DNA of 64,000 nucleotides. It comes from a virus. The stretch lies in the IMG/VR virus record IMGVR_UViG_3300048625_000156, positions 30,808 to 94,807 of that record; one strand, given 5' to 3'. Positions 32,081 to 42,602 of this stretch are shown here, piece by piece. A program made the position numbers and the translations under genes. The first letter of the stretch is position 1, and every line of letters starts with the position of its first letter. The notes under the pieces were generated by a model. That model was not told the origin of the DNA and did no database searches. It worked only from the letters and a program-made list of their open reading frames with translations.

Positions 32081-33009
32081 TAGATGATTCCTGGCTTGAA
32101 CACATTGCCTTTATATCCATTAAGGATCTTATCTACAATGTTGTTGCCAGTACCCCCTAGGAACTGAGGAGCAAATTTAATGTCAAATTGGTCTGTGCTG
32201 TAGGCTGTAACGAATCTCTTGTAGTAATCGTTATTTCCACACTTCAAATCTTCGATTAGCATCTTTGCTGCGATCTCAATGTCTGGTGGAACTGCCTTGT
32301 ATCCTACATCAAGAACGAACACATAGTCATATCCTCTTGGGAACGACATCCCTCCGTGACCATAGTACTGCAGGTCACCAGTGGCTACTGGAAGCGATAC
32401 TGGAGTACTTTCGAACCTATTGTACGTCCCAGTTAGAACTCGCATAATCGATGCGTTATTTGGTGAAATAATGTACTGCTGTTCCCAGTCTACTCTAGTG
32501 TCGTAGTCGTAAACTAGAACATTGTTCTCGTATACCTTTAGCACACGTTTTGGATTGTGCCAGATTGGGAAGTAGTCTGCTCCATCTCCAACACCCTGGA
32601 CAATAAGCTTATGGTTATAGAAGCCTTCTCCAGTTGCTGAATCATTGCCAAGATAGGCATCCATGATAGAGCGAGCAATAATCTCCCACTTTTTGTAATC
32701 CTCAACCTCTGTTGGTGTTGAGCCAAGAGTATTGGGATCTACATATGGTCTATAGACGGTTAGGTTTGACTCTGTTACGATGTCTCCCAGTAAGTCTGTG
32801 TCGTAAATCTTTAAAGCAAAGTCACGGTCGAACTCTACCTTTGAGCGTGGAAGTATATACTCTACTGTTGATTGACTTGATGATGTTACCTCAACAGTTT
32901 CTACTGAGTGGTCCACCACATCCTCCACATAGATCAGGTAAGCGTGGTTAGCTTCTGGTACTGTCCAAGTAGTTGTGATTGGATATGGTGGGACCCTCAA
33001 GATTTCCAT
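32080..33009 (-). CDS. Head-tail adaptor
   Basis: GYKAVPPDIEIAAKMLI gp6/gp15-like motif. Confidence 0.7.
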   Translation of the reverse strand: MEILRVPPYPITTTWTVPEANHAYLIYVEDVVDHSVETVEVTSSSQSTVEYILPRSKVEFDRDFALKIYDTDLLGDIVTESNLTVYRPYVDPNTLGSTPTEVEDYKKWEIIARSIMDAYLGNDSATGEGFYNHKLIVQGVGDGADYFPIWHNPKRVLKVYENNVLVYDYDTRVDWEQQYIISPNNASIMRVLTGTYNRFESTPVSLPVATGDLQYYGHGGMSFPRGYDYVFVLDVGYKAVPPDIEIAAKMLIEDLKCGNNDYYKRFVTAYSTDQFDIKFAPQFLGGTGNNIVDKILNGYKGNVFKPGII

Positions 33010-33010
33010 G

Positions 33011-33364
33011 CTAGTTCTTCACCCTTGTAGCAATCTCTTCTGGGGTCGCAAGGCGAATACCCTTCTTGGTTAACCACTTGTCGGCAAGCTCTTTGGTAAC
33101 TAGATTGTATCCAACCAATAGCTTTCCAGCTTCCTGCCAAGCAACGTTTCTCTCTGAGAATAGTGCTACCTTTTCAGTAGGATTAGCTTGAACAGCCTTT
33201 GGCTCTTTCTTTGCTTTCTTCTCTACAACAGGTGCTTCTACTACCTCTTCGATCTCTGGTGTTACATCTGCTGGTACTTCATCGATGATGATTGGTTCAG
33301 CAACAACTTCGACTGCCTCTGCGACAGCCTCAGTTTCATTTAAATCATTGTTAAAATCTGACAT
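33011..33364 (-). CDS. Hypothetical acidic head-associated protein
   Basis: AAGGAGG SD; follows the capsid gene. Confidence 0.7.
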   Translation of the reverse strand: MSDFNNDLNETEAVAEAVEVVAEPIIIDEVPADVTPEIEEVVEAPVVEKKAKKEPKAVQANPTEKVALFSERNVAWQEAGKLLVGYNLVTKELADKWLTKKGIRLATPEEIATRVKN

Positions 33365-33396
33365 GATTCCTCCTTAAATTATTATAGCATTAAATT

Positions 33397-33432
33397 AAAA
33401 GAAGGGGGCAGGGAATTAACCCTACCCCCCTC
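33397..33432 (-). terminator. Intrinsic terminator after major capsid gene
   Basis: GGGGGTAGGG-TTAATT-CCCTGCCCCC followed by TTCTTTT. Confidence 0.8.
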
Positions 33433-33449
33433 AATTGGGTGTCTACCTA

Positions 33450-34544
33450 CTAGGAAACTGACTTGGTTGCGAATGCAACTGCGTCTTGCTCTTCCCAGTT
33501 GATTCCGAAGCGGACGAATACGGTGTATTCAATTGTGTCCTTCTTTGGAACGTAGAAACGGTTGACAGTGATGTCACGCTGGAAGCCCCAGATACGGTTA
33601 GCAGGGAATGTAAGGTCTACATAGTCTGCAGGGTAGTAAGGAACTTCAAGAACTGGAACACCTAGAACACGAGTCTGACGTGCTCCTCCAACGGTCTGGT
33701 CAATACCACCAAGGTATGAACCACGAGCTGCCTCAGTTGAACCAATTGAATCCCAAACAGTTCCGTTGTTCTTTACAATGTTTGCAAAGGTATCGGTTCC
33801 TGCGTAGAACTTTAGTCCACTCTGAAGAGCACGGTAACGACGAGGGAGTGCAAGAATAAGCTTCTGCATGTCCTCAGTTGTCCAGTCTGCACCAGCACCA
33901 ACGATTGCCTCGTGAGCGTCTCCATCAGCAGTTGAGTGCTTGATGAAACCGTTCATAATTCCGAGGAATGCGTCAGATGTCTGAGCAGTGTCTCCATTAA
34001 TAGCGAGATCTTCGATGTCATTACCGAAAGCTGTGGTCATTAGACGAACCAAGTGGTCCTCTAGTGCACCGCCTTCAATATTGTCTTCTAGTGCCTCTGC
34101 TGAAACTTCCCAGTCAAGACGTAGCTTCTTAGTAGTAAGCTCCACCTTTGAGAATGTCGCTCCAGCGTTGGTGAATGATGCATCACCTTGGTTGGCTGCA
34201 CGAACAACACGCTCTCCAACGTTAACTTTTTCAAGTTCCATTGTGTTAGCTCGCATTGTTACTCTGCGACCGTCATTAGCAAGTGTAGTTGCATCCCAAA
34301 CGTAGTCAATGAAACGGCGAGCCTGTTCAGGACGTAGGATACCAGCACCTGGGTAATTTGGGTTTTCGGTAGCTGATGGGTTAACTGCGTTAGGACCAGT
34401 TGTTAGTCCTAGGTTTGCGTCTGCTGTGTTCCCAACAAATGCGAAACCAGGATCAGTTACACCACCAATACCACCAGCTGCGAAGCCACCCTCTGCGTTA
34501 GGGTAAACTGCACCTGGATTGTTTTTGATAATTTCTTCCGACAT
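33450..34544 (-). CDS. Major capsid protein (HK97 fold)
   Basis: GILRPEQARRFID, EVSAEALEDNIE, DLAINGD; start at the ATG after GGAGGTG SD. Confidence 0.92.
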   Translation of the reverse strand: MSEEIIKNNPGAVYPNAEGGFAAGGIGGVTDPGFAFVGNTADANLGLTTGPNAVNPSATENPNYPGAGILRPEQARRFIDYVWDATTLANDGRRVTMRANTMELEKVNVGERVVRAANQGDASFTNAGATFSKVELTTKKLRLDWEVSAEALEDNIEGGALEDHLVRLMTTAFGNDIEDLAINGDTAQTSDAFLGIMNGFIKHSTADGDAHEAIVGAGADWTTEDMQKLILALPRRYRALQSGLKFYAGTDTFANIVKNNGTVWDSIGSTEAARGSYLGGIDQTVGGARQTRVLGVPVLEVPYYPADYVDLTFPANRIWGFQRDITVNRFYVPKKDTIEYTVFVRFGINWEEQDAVAFATKSVS

Positions 34545-34574
34545 ATATTTCACCTCCATGAAATGTTTATTTTT

Positions 34575-35858
34575 TTATTTTAGTAGTTCGGAGTTATTGA
34601 GGAAACGTCCGCCCCATACTGATTTTTCAACCATTGCTGGTTCCTGTACGATCTCTCCAAGATCGCCAGACTTACGGAAAGCTGTATCTGCTTCTAAAGC
34701 AGAAAGCGACTTTCCAAGATTAGCAAAGTCATTCTGAGCATCTGCAAATTTTGCTTCTGTCAACTCACTTGACTTCTTTAGTGCAGCAACTTCTTCACTA
34801 AGTGATTTGATTACTGCGGTGATTTCGCTAAAGGCTGATGTAACGGCATCCTTCAAGTCAGTAACAGCATCTGCTGAAACCTCATCTGACTTCTCTGCCT
34901 TCTTCTCTTCCTCTTCGTCTGCTGACGATTCGGTAGCGTCCATGTCACCCTCGGCTGCTTGATCAGCGTCTTCAGGCTTTGCAGCCTTTTCAACGTCGTC
35001 TGCAACTGGAGCTTCGATTTCGGCATCTGCCTCTGGAGCGATCTCAACAGCATCGATTGCTACTTCTTCTGCAGCAACTTCATTATTAATTTCATCTGTC
35101 ATATTATCCTCCTGTGTCATCTTAGCTACATTAATGCCTTTAGCACTATCAACTAAGAACTTTATCATGTCTACTTTGTCAGCATCTGACTTTTCAACAA
35201 ACCCAATGTTCTCCATGTGGTTTCCATTGGTTGGGGCAATCTCTGATTCATTCTGAGAAACTAGAACTAGTCCAGACTCCTTGTCCCAAAAAACATTTTC
35301 AACAACGACTTCAGCAGCATCTCCCTTGATGGTGCTTACTCCATTTACCTTTTCTACAGATAGAATGCTGGCAAACTGGTTTGCTGGGTTGTCAACTAGT
35401 GAAAGCTCTACTAGGTCATAGTCTTTGATGATACGGATAGGGGCATCCATCTTTTCGTCGTAGGCATCGTCCCACTTGTTCATTCTACCGCCAATTGAGA
35501 AGCCTGTATAGGTTCCATCTAGAACCTTCTCCCATGCATCCTGAGCACCCTTTGAAACATATGCTGACACATAGATGCCTGAGTAAAACTTCTTTGACTC
35601 TGGGTCAAAGTATTTGTCTTCCTTAAATGCGACCATCTTGCCAACTGCTGATGGCTGGTGCATTTCACGAATGTTACCACGGAATTTTGAGAAAGCACTA
35701 AGAGAGGCTTCTGGGGTAACGATGTCCATCTGCTTGTCGATGTTGTCAAGAGTGGCAAAGCCAGATACGATACGACGTTCAGCGTCTACCTTAGAGAAAG
35801 GCATCGCTAGGCGAACGTTGTCGCCGTCTGTGCTGAAGTGAGCTTTTTGAATAGTCAT
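34575..35858 (-). CDS. Prohead protease fused to acidic scaffold
   Basis: IREMH, GFSIGG, ELSLVDNPANQ; acidic coiled-coil C-terminus. Confidence 0.9.
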   Translation of the reverse strand: MTIQKAHFSTDGDNVRLAMPFSKVDAERRIVSGFATLDNIDKQMDIVTPEASLSAFSKFRGNIREMHQPSAVGKMVAFKEDKYFDPESKKFYSGIYVSAYVSKGAQDAWEKVLDGTYTGFSIGGRMNKWDDAYDEKMDAPIRIIKDYDLVELSLVDNPANQFASILSVEKVNGVSTIKGDAAEVVVENVFWDKESGLVLVSQNESEIAPTNGNHMENIGFVEKSDADKVDMIKFLVDSAKGINVAKMTQEDNMTDEINNEVAAEEVAIDAVEIAPEADAEIEAPVADDVEKAAKPEDADQAAEGDMDATESSADEEEEKKAEKSDEVSADAVTDLKDAVTSAFSEITAVIKSLSEEVAALKKSSELTEAKFADAQNDFANLGKSLSALEADTAFRKSGDLGEIVQEPAMVEKSVWGGRFLNNSELLK

Positions 35859-35921
35859 ACTAATTATATTATAGAGCCTTTTTTAATCAAATTGTTACTT
35901 TTACATTATAGCACAATTTTA

Positions 35922-37529
35922 TTAATTTGTCGCTCTACCCTCTCCCTGTGGATTTCTCCCAGTGGTTGTGGCTTCCCCATCAGACTGGTTTGCAGTTCTT
36001 TCTGCATCCCTATTACGGTTCTGTTGTGTGTTAGCGTTTGCATCGGCAGCTGCACGAGCTGTAAGCTCTACAGGCTTGTCTCCACCAGCGATGTCTGGTA
36101 GGTTGATCATCTCACGAGCTTCATTAGGAACGATAACCTTGTTGCGGATAAAGCGTTCAATAATTTGTGACTGTGCAACTTCGTCTGTAAGAGTTAGCTC
36201 ATTAAACTTAAGCTCAAGGATATCTGTCTTCTCACGAATGATCTTGTTAAGAATCTTCTCCAGTTTTGTTTGCTCAGGACGAGTTACCTGCTCCTTGAAT
36301 GTGCGGTCTTGTGAGATTGATGCTGCAACTCCTGCTGCATCCCCTCCACCAATCTTTGAAAGTGGAACCTGGTGAGCAACAAGAATATCATCACGGTTTT
36401 GCTTACGGTAGTTGAAGAATGATCCTTCTTGTACACCGCTTTCGATTGGGTCCATTTTAAACTCAACCTTATTGCCATCTGAATCTCCAGGAAGCGGAAT
36501 GTATAGTGTTCTGTGGTTCTGACCCTTAAGACCAGTTTGCAGGAATCTGAATAGCTTATCTTCTGCCTCGGCAGTTAGCTGAGCACCTTTTAGTGTAACA
36601 ATGTAGCGAGGAACTGCCTTGTTCTGGAAGTAGTCAATGTTGTATTGTGATGCAAGTGCGTCTCCAATTAGAGATGGCATTGCGGCTACGATGTCTGGAA
36701 CACCATAGAAAGTATTTAGTGGAGAGTATTCCTTAATGTGAATAATCTCATTTGGACGCTTGTCTCCAGTAATTGGGTTTGGGTTTGTAGCACCAAAGTT
36801 ACGGAAGTATGTGATCTTGTTACCAATCATCTGGACAAAGCCATCATGTAGACGACGGACACGCATTGTTGTAGATGGGATATGACCAACGTAACCAATC
36901 TCACCCTTGATGGTGCGACCGATTTCGATGTAGCCGTTACCAGTTGCATGAATATCTGTGACTACCTTTTCAAGAATGCTGGTAAAGGATTCGTCATCGT
37001 TTAGACTTTCCAGCCAGTCACGAAGCTGTACCTTTAGTCGCTCAATACGCTTACGAGCACGGTCAGCTGAGTCTTTGTCTTCTGCAGACTCAAGTTTGAG
37101 CATTGTCTTGTCGGATACCTTGAAGTCATAACCAAGACCAACGGTGTTCTCTACAACTGCATCAATGGCAGCATGGTTAGCAAATGATGTGTCATAGTAG
37201 TTTGCAAGTTCGTTTAGGTTGTATGGTGGGGTAATTACGTCGAATAGACCGTATGCGTTACGGTAAACGATCCCTGGATTAATTGCTTTAGACTTTGCAT
37301 CCTCTCTACCGCCCTGTACAGCGTTTGCTGAGTCCATGTAAGCGTCTGAGACCTGGTTCTTTGATACCACTCGGTCTGCACGTCGTTTGAAGTTTGCGTC
37401 GATACCTGAAAACTGTCGAACCTCATCCCAGTCTTTGCTGAATAAGTCCATGCTCTTAAAAATATTTTCTTCGACCTGTGGTTCATCCATTCGGATTGGA
37501 ATTGGAATTCTAGTAATTTCGTTAGACAT
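35922..37529 (-). CDS. Portal protein
   Basis: TGNGYIE, NEIIH, YGVP, PNEAREMINLP. Confidence 0.92.
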   Translation of the reverse strand: MSNEITRIPIPIRMDEPQVEENIFKSMDLFSKDWDEVRQFSGIDANFKRRADRVVSKNQVSDAYMDSANAVQGGREDAKSKAINPGIVYRNAYGLFDVITPPYNLNELANYYDTSFANHAAIDAVVENTVGLGYDFKVSDKTMLKLESAEDKDSADRARKRIERLKVQLRDWLESLNDDESFTSILEKVVTDIHATGNGYIEIGRTIKGEIGYVGHIPSTTMRVRRLHDGFVQMIGNKITYFRNFGATNPNPITGDKRPNEIIHIKEYSPLNTFYGVPDIVAAMPSLIGDALASQYNIDYFQNKAVPRYIVTLKGAQLTAEAEDKLFRFLQTGLKGQNHRTLYIPLPGDSDGNKVEFKMDPIESGVQEGSFFNYRKQNRDDILVAHQVPLSKIGGGDAAGVAASISQDRTFKEQVTRPEQTKLEKILNKIIREKTDILELKFNELTLTDEVAQSQIIERFIRNKVIVPNEAREMINLPDIAGGDKPVELTARAAADANANTQQNRNRDAERTANQSDGEATTTGRNPQGEGRATN

Positions 37530-37900
37530 TAGTCATCACTTCCATACATATTGTATGTATTCTTTGCAGCTATCAAAGCACCTAGGTCGTTTGCTGATGG
37601 GATAAAGCCATTTGCCATGCGGTCTTGCTGCTCGCTATACTCTTCATCTGAAATCTTTCTGATGTTTGAGAAAAAGACTGGCTTCCCTTCTGGCTGACCA
37701 TAATAGGCTGCTGCCTCTGTTAGCTCTTTGATCTTTACGGTGTCATTAATCATTGACTCAATGCTGAGAGCACTGCCCTCACCGTCGGTGAAGTACTTTC
37801 CTGATGGCAATTGCCATACATAAATACCTGCATCCGAAAACTTTTCTTCGATTACTCTTACACGAGTTTTACCAAGTGGTCCATTCATTATCTTATCCAT
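37529..37900 (-). CDS. Hypothetical protein
   Basis: Coupled to portal; ATG 7 nt downstream of TGTGGTATACT. Confidence 0.7.
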   Translation of the reverse strand: MDKIMNGPLGKTRVRVIEEKFSDAGIYVWQLPSGKYFTDGEGSALSIESMINDTVKIKELTEAAAYYGQPEGKPVFFSNIRKISDEEYSEQQDRMANGFIPSANDLGALIAAKNTYNMYGSDD

Positions 37901-37918
37901 AACCACCAGTATACCACA

Positions 37919-40900
37919 TTATGCAGAAAGTATCAAGGATGGTTGCCACTTTGCATCTTTATATAGATCATATTGGTATGACCCCATCTTAATTCCTGTG
38001 TTATCAGTGTTTAAGATTATTTTGTTTGTTCCAGTGTAAATTTTGTAAATGTTTTCTGGAGTAATTGATGGAGTTGCCACTGCATTTGAAAGGCTAACTA
38101 GTAGCCAAGTTCCACGCTTGTCTGTGTTGTATAGCACAGACCCCCAAGTATTGTCCCAAACACCACCAGGTGGCTGTGGGCTGTACCCAGAAAGCTCTGT
38201 TGGTAGTGGGTCTGGGGCAGGTGATAGAGAGAGTGTGTCTGACCACTCATCTGACACAATCTGCTGAAGTAGTCGTTCGGAATCAATCTGATAATATGAA
38301 ACGTGACTTACGCACAGGCTACCAACAATTTGTAGATTACCGTTTGTCATATTAGAGAAGTCAAGAGTGCTCAAGAACAGCATTCCGACAAAAGACCACT
38401 CATTTAAGTTAAGGACTGGGCTTGCAGATAAAGCACCATTGACGTAGAAAGAAACATCTTTATGCTCCACCCAAACACCGTTAAGCAAGTACTCTGCTCT
38501 TAGCCTAGCCCTATTTGATGTAGAGGACGACAGTCTTTCTAGCGTGACCTTTGTCTTTCCATATTTTGCATCTGAAATTTCTGCAACAGTCATTTTAGAC
38601 TCTGGGAACTCTGAGTCATTAAAGTTGAGCATCATGACTACCGAGCTGATGTTGTAGTTATCACTACCTGCTTTATTGATTGGAACATAGATACCACGAC
38701 TCTGGGAATCAGAATATGAGTTCAGGACCTTTATGCCACTCTTGTCGGTCAGATATAGATATGGGGTGCTTGACTTATTGATGGCATATGGAGAATATGA
38801 TCCATAGCTATACTTATTATTTACAATTGAGTATGGGTAAATAATGTTACCAAGTCTTGTCCCAATGCCCTTTGCTAGATCTGTAGAGAAAGAGTCTGAC
38901 GTTGCTTTATCATATGTCTGTGCAGAATACTCTAGAAATCTTATTCCAACCTTGTCTGTTGAAGAAATCTTTGATGAGATTTCAAGCAGGGTGACCATAA
39001 CCAGATTTTCATAGTTTTCGTAAGAATCTTCTGGTGGCATAATCACTGTTCCATCAACAACTTCATATTTTTTACCAGCCCAGCCAGATCTCGCATCGAT
39101 CACATTTGACTCTGGTAACAGCTCAGGAGATATGTCAGTGCCGTATGTAGCTAGTGGTGTTGTCCTAGTTTTAAAAATTACATAGGATTTTACAAGTGAC
39201 GAAGACGTGTCTTTATATTTTGTTCCAGAAACAATTTTTGTCTTTTTAGATGCAGGATAGTCTAGTGACACCTGGATCATGTCAGTTCTATATCCCTTTG
39301 TTCCATCAGCGTTTGTTGCTGTTTTTGCAATTTTGCTTATTGGAATATAGTCCTCCCAGTAGGAGTGTGTTGATACGTCAAGGCTGTAGATGCTATCTGA
39401 TTTTGTAGACCCAAAAGACTTTTCCTTTAAACCATATAAATATGTGTTGGGACCAGCAAGAAGTGTGCTGATGCTATAGTTTGAATCTGCAAGACCTGTT
39501 GGCAATGAATCTTGAGTCACATTAAACAGGTTTGAGAACCTGTTTGCAGAAATTTTAGTAAGCATTCCAAGACCATAGATCTTGCCTGTAAAGGTTGACT
39601 TGACTTCTTCATCCTTACCAAGATAATCTCCACCAACGAATAGCTCAATCTTGTTTAAATTAGATAGCATTTTGGCTACCTTTCTTAAGCCCAGAACCTT
39701 GTATCTTTGAGCAGCTTTGTTGATGGGGGTAGTGTATCCAATAATTTTAGAATTGGCATACGCTATTAACGCTGGTATATTCATTCCCACTACGACCGTC
39801 TTCTCGGAGTCATCCTCTGGGTCTTCCAGAATTTCTGTTGTGTAAATGTCACCACTAGACATTCCAATGTTGTATCGATATCTTAGAAGATTTCCCTCTA
39901 GAGTGACAACAATCTGATCTTTTGTATCTGTGTGCTGTAGCTTGACGAGCACCTGCTCTTCTTCAGAGAACCCTGTACGCTTGAATGCAGCGTAGATGGC
40001 GTATAGTGGTGTTGAGCCTGTAATCTTTAGCTTGTTTAGATGTAGGTATCCGCTTACGTTATCCCATCGACTATCTATTCCGCTTGGCTTTAAAAGAATG
40101 TAAGGAGTCGTATCTGTGTCTGCCTTATTTGCAGCAATGACATCTGAAAGCCATTCTGTGGTATCAGCTATAGTTCTTCCGAATGTTTTGTTTAGCATAA
40201 TCTCTGGCTGTTGTAGAGATGGTGATCCTAGGATGTCCAATGAGTGATATGTATTTTCTCTCTTTGACGATCCCCAACGCTCTAGTCGTGGATAACCGTA
40301 GTCGAAAGAATACCCTGCAAAAGTGTAGTCTGCAAAAATCTGAGTACCAGAATATGCCGTAGCAAGGTTTTCTGGTGGAGTCACTGCCTGACCATAACCA
40401 AATCGACGTTTGGCAACAACCTCTGGGACTCTGTATGGATAAAAACCAATGCAGTCAACTTCGACAAAAGGGACCTCTTCATGTGCATAGAAGCCCAGAT
40501 AGTCATAGCTGTAGCTTGCAAGATCCAAGGTTTTTGAGTCTACAGTAATAGAGGCTACTCGTTCTCCATTGACAATAAGGCTAAATAGGTTATTTGTCAT
40601 TTCAATATTTACCAACATTGGTCTAAACCATTCGCCAACGTAGTGAGATGCGTATTTATCAGAAATCTTTAGCTTAAGAAATGGTCCGTCAACATATAGA
40701 CCATCGGAGTTTGAAATAGGTCCAAAAATTTTCCTTGGAGCCGAAGTTTGATTTGAGTTAATTCTAATCCAAGACTCAAAAGTTATGGTTTGACTTCTTC
40801 CGATTTCATTCATAAAACCTTTGCCAGGAACGATCAGAGATGGACCTCCGCTTGGTGCAGGGCTAACAACCGTAGTTGATGAAGCACCGTAAACCATTGG

Positions 40901-41668
40901 CACTGAAGAATTTTTTGCGTATAAAACTTTTGAAGAATTGTCTCCAACATAGTATGCGTAATTAGACAACTCTCCATATGCAGATGATTTTAAAGCATAA
41001 AAGCTTGAGGAAAGAACTCCAGATACCTGTTCTAGTTGCTGACCTGTTGAATAGCTAGAGTAGTTTTCTGAATTTATTCCTGCTGAAAATCCATTAATGA
41101 AATATGTGTAGATACCAGAGTTTGAGACTCCGTAGTTAATTTTTACAATAATCTTTTTACTTGATATTGAACCAGAAAATGTTGTCGATAGTAGAAGCCA
41201 CTCGTCAAGCTTTCCAGCAACATTTGTGAAAACCTTTCTTTCGTTTTCTGCTTGACCTTCATGATAAATAGATACACTCTTTACTTCGGATCCTTGTGAA
41301 TAGAAATAAAAGCTAACTGTTAGTGGATGGGTTGCTGTTTTTGTAATTCCAGTTGTTGTAGAAAGCTTTAGAGACCTGGTTGAACCGATAGTTTCGGCAG
41401 CTGTCATAGCTGCAGCGTCTAGGCTAATCTTTGCAGTTTTGGCAGATCTGATCGGTGGATATGGATCGTTTGCATTTAAAAAGTCTTCTCTTAACTCGTC
41501 ATACTGGGCTTCCCCAGAATCGTAGATGACGGACCATGCTGATGAAGATAAGTCCTTTACTGTTTCAGAAACATATGAGACGTATGTGCATTCGTCGTCA
41601 AACGACCATAGGGCAGTGGGCTGCTCTGCGTATGCCCTTTCGGCATATAGGTTTGATTGGTTTGCCAT
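37919..41668 (-). CDS. Large virion protein with LamG/ConA-like domains (1249 aa)
   Basis: TALWSFDD, TITFESWIRIN, LIVNGERV LamG-type segments; AGGAG SD. Confidence 0.6.
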   Translation of the reverse strand: MANQSNLYAERAYAEQPTALWSFDDECTYVSYVSETVKDLSSSAWSVIYDSGEAQYDELREDFLNANDPYPPIRSAKTAKISLDAAAMTAAETIGSTRSLKLSTTTGITKTATHPLTVSFYFYSQGSEVKSVSIYHEGQAENERKVFTNVAGKLDEWLLLSTTFSGSISSKKIIVKINYGVSNSGIYTYFINGFSAGINSENYSSYSTGQQLEQVSGVLSSSFYALKSSAYGELSNYAYYVGDNSSKVLYAKNSSVPMVYGASSTTVVSPAPSGGPSLIVPGKGFMNEIGRSQTITFESWIRINSNQTSAPRKIFGPISNSDGLYVDGPFLKLKISDKYASHYVGEWFRPMLVNIEMTNNLFSLIVNGERVASITVDSKTLDLASYSYDYLGFYAHEEVPFVEVDCIGFYPYRVPEVVAKRRFGYGQAVTPPENLATAYSGTQIFADYTFAGYSFDYGYPRLERWGSSKRENTYHSLDILGSPSLQQPEIMLNKTFGRTIADTTEWLSDVIAANKADTDTTPYILLKPSGIDSRWDNVSGYLHLNKLKITGSTPLYAIYAAFKRTGFSEEEQVLVKLQHTDTKDQIVVTLEGNLLRYRYNIGMSSGDIYTTEILEDPEDDSEKTVVVGMNIPALIAYANSKIIGYTTPINKAAQRYKVLGLRKVAKMLSNLNKIELFVGGDYLGKDEEVKSTFTGKIYGLGMLTKISANRFSNLFNVTQDSLPTGLADSNYSISTLLAGPNTYLYGLKEKSFGSTKSDSIYSLDVSTHSYWEDYIPISKIAKTATNADGTKGYRTDMIQVSLDYPASKKTKIVSGTKYKDTSSSLVKSYVIFKTRTTPLATYGTDISPELLPESNVIDARSGWAGKKYEVVDGTVIMPPEDSYENYENLVMVTLLEISSKISSTDKVGIRFLEYSAQTYDKATSDSFSTDLAKGIGTRLGNIIYPYSIVNNKYSYGSYSPYAINKSSTPYLYLTDKSGIKVLNSYSDSQSRGIYVPINKAGSDNYNISSVVMMLNFNDSEFPESKMTVAEISDAKYGKTKVTLERLSSSTSNRARLRAEYLLNGVWVEHKDVSFYVNGALSASPVLNLNEWSFVGMLFLSTLDFSNMTNGNLQIVGSLCVSHVSYYQIDSERLLQQIVSDEWSDTLSLSPAPDPLPTELSGYSPQPPGGVWDNTWGSVLYNTDKRGTWLLVSLSNAVATPSITPENIYKIYTGTNKIILNTDNTGIKMGSYQYDLYKDAKWQPSLILSA

Positions 41669-41719
41669 TTTTCTCCTGCTTTAATTTTATCACAAACAGT
41701 CTTAAGATATTGCAGAAGT

Positions 41720-41748
41720 TTGCCAATACCCCAAAAAAGTGCTATAAT
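41720..41748 (+). promoter_or_regulatory. SigA-type promoter for the NlpC/P60 gene
   Basis: TTGCCA-17-TATAAT with TG extension. Confidence 0.8.
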
Positions 41749-41753
41749 TGTAA

Positions 41754-41897
41754 GACTTCCCTTAAACAAGGAAGTTTTGTTCTAAGAGGAACATAGTGAC
41801 AAACAGAGTAACAACAACGTGGAATCACTGGCATACTCAAGGAGATATTCTACTACCTGAAGAATATTGTCTGCCAGGGCATTGTAGTTTAAATGCC
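41754..41897 (+). ncRNA. Candidate structured 5' leader (tandem hairpins)
   Basis: ACTTCC/GGAAGT, TGTTC/GAACA, GTGA/TCAC, TGGCA/TGCCA enclosing ATATTC/GAATAT, GGCATT/AATGCC in series. Confidence 0.45.
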
Positions 41898-41927
41898 GTA
41901 ACAACAAAAAAAATAAGGAGGTAGCAA

Positions 41928-42563
41928 ATGTTTAATAAACAAAAAATTGCTGCTGTAAGTGCAACGGTCATTTTTATGGCTTTTGGATTTACAAACTGCT
42001 CCAGCATTCCTGCTGAAGCGGATCAAAAACTAAATAGCGTAATCCTAGCAAATCCAGAAGAGCCAACTCTTATGGATCTTTTGCTTTTTGAGAAAGAGCC
42101 TATGGGTGTCATTGCAGAGGCTGCTGCTAAAGCTGAACTTGAGGCTGAGAAGCAGAGGGTCAAGCAAGAAAAGCTTGACGCAAACACTGCAGAAATGACC
42201 AGGGCAATATCAAAACTAAAAAAGTATGTAGGATCTGAATATGGATATGGAGCGAAACCAGGATACTGGGATTGCTCTGGTCTTGTTCGTTGGTTCTATG
42301 AACAACAGGGAGTGGATCTATACCACTCAGCTTCCGCCCAGTCAAAGGCTGGCAAAAAAGTGAAGCATCCAAAAATTGGAGACATTGTAGCATTCCACTA
42401 TGGAAGCTCATACTGGTCATTCCATGTTGGAATCTACGTCGGTGATGGAAAAGTTCTACACGCATACAATCCGTATGCAGATACTGTAATCAGCAAGGTG
42501 TCAGACGTAGCAAGTGAAAATGGTGCTTGGGCATCGTATACACGAATAGTAGAAACAAACTAA
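41928..42563 (+). CDS. Secreted NlpC/P60 (C40) peptidoglycan endopeptidase
   Basis: Signal peptide, coiled coil, WDCSGLV, GDIVAF, HVGIYVG, VLHA; AAGGAGG SD. Confidence 0.92.
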   Translation: MFNKQKIAAVSATVIFMAFGFTNCSSIPAEADQKLNSVILANPEEPTLMDLLLFEKEPMGVIAEAAAKAELEAEKQRVKQEKLDANTAEMTRAISKLKKYVGSEYGYGAKPGYWDCSGLVRWFYEQQGVDLYHSASAQSKAGKKVKHPKIGDIVAFHYGSSYWSFHVGIYVGDGKVLHAYNPYADTVISKVSDVASENGAWASYTRIVETN

Positions 42564-42602
42564 GAAATACCCCAGGTGAAATATCCTGGGGTATTTTTTT
42601 TT
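42564..42602. terminator. Bidirectional intrinsic terminator
   Basis: AAATACCCCAGG...CCTGGGGTATTTTTTTTT between convergent genes. Confidence 0.85.

Noticed and set aside
41754-41927. c-di-AMP (ydaO) riboswitch before NlpC/P60
   Set aside because: The characteristic GAAUC and GGGG-rich conserved segments are not recognisable; kept only as an unknown leader.
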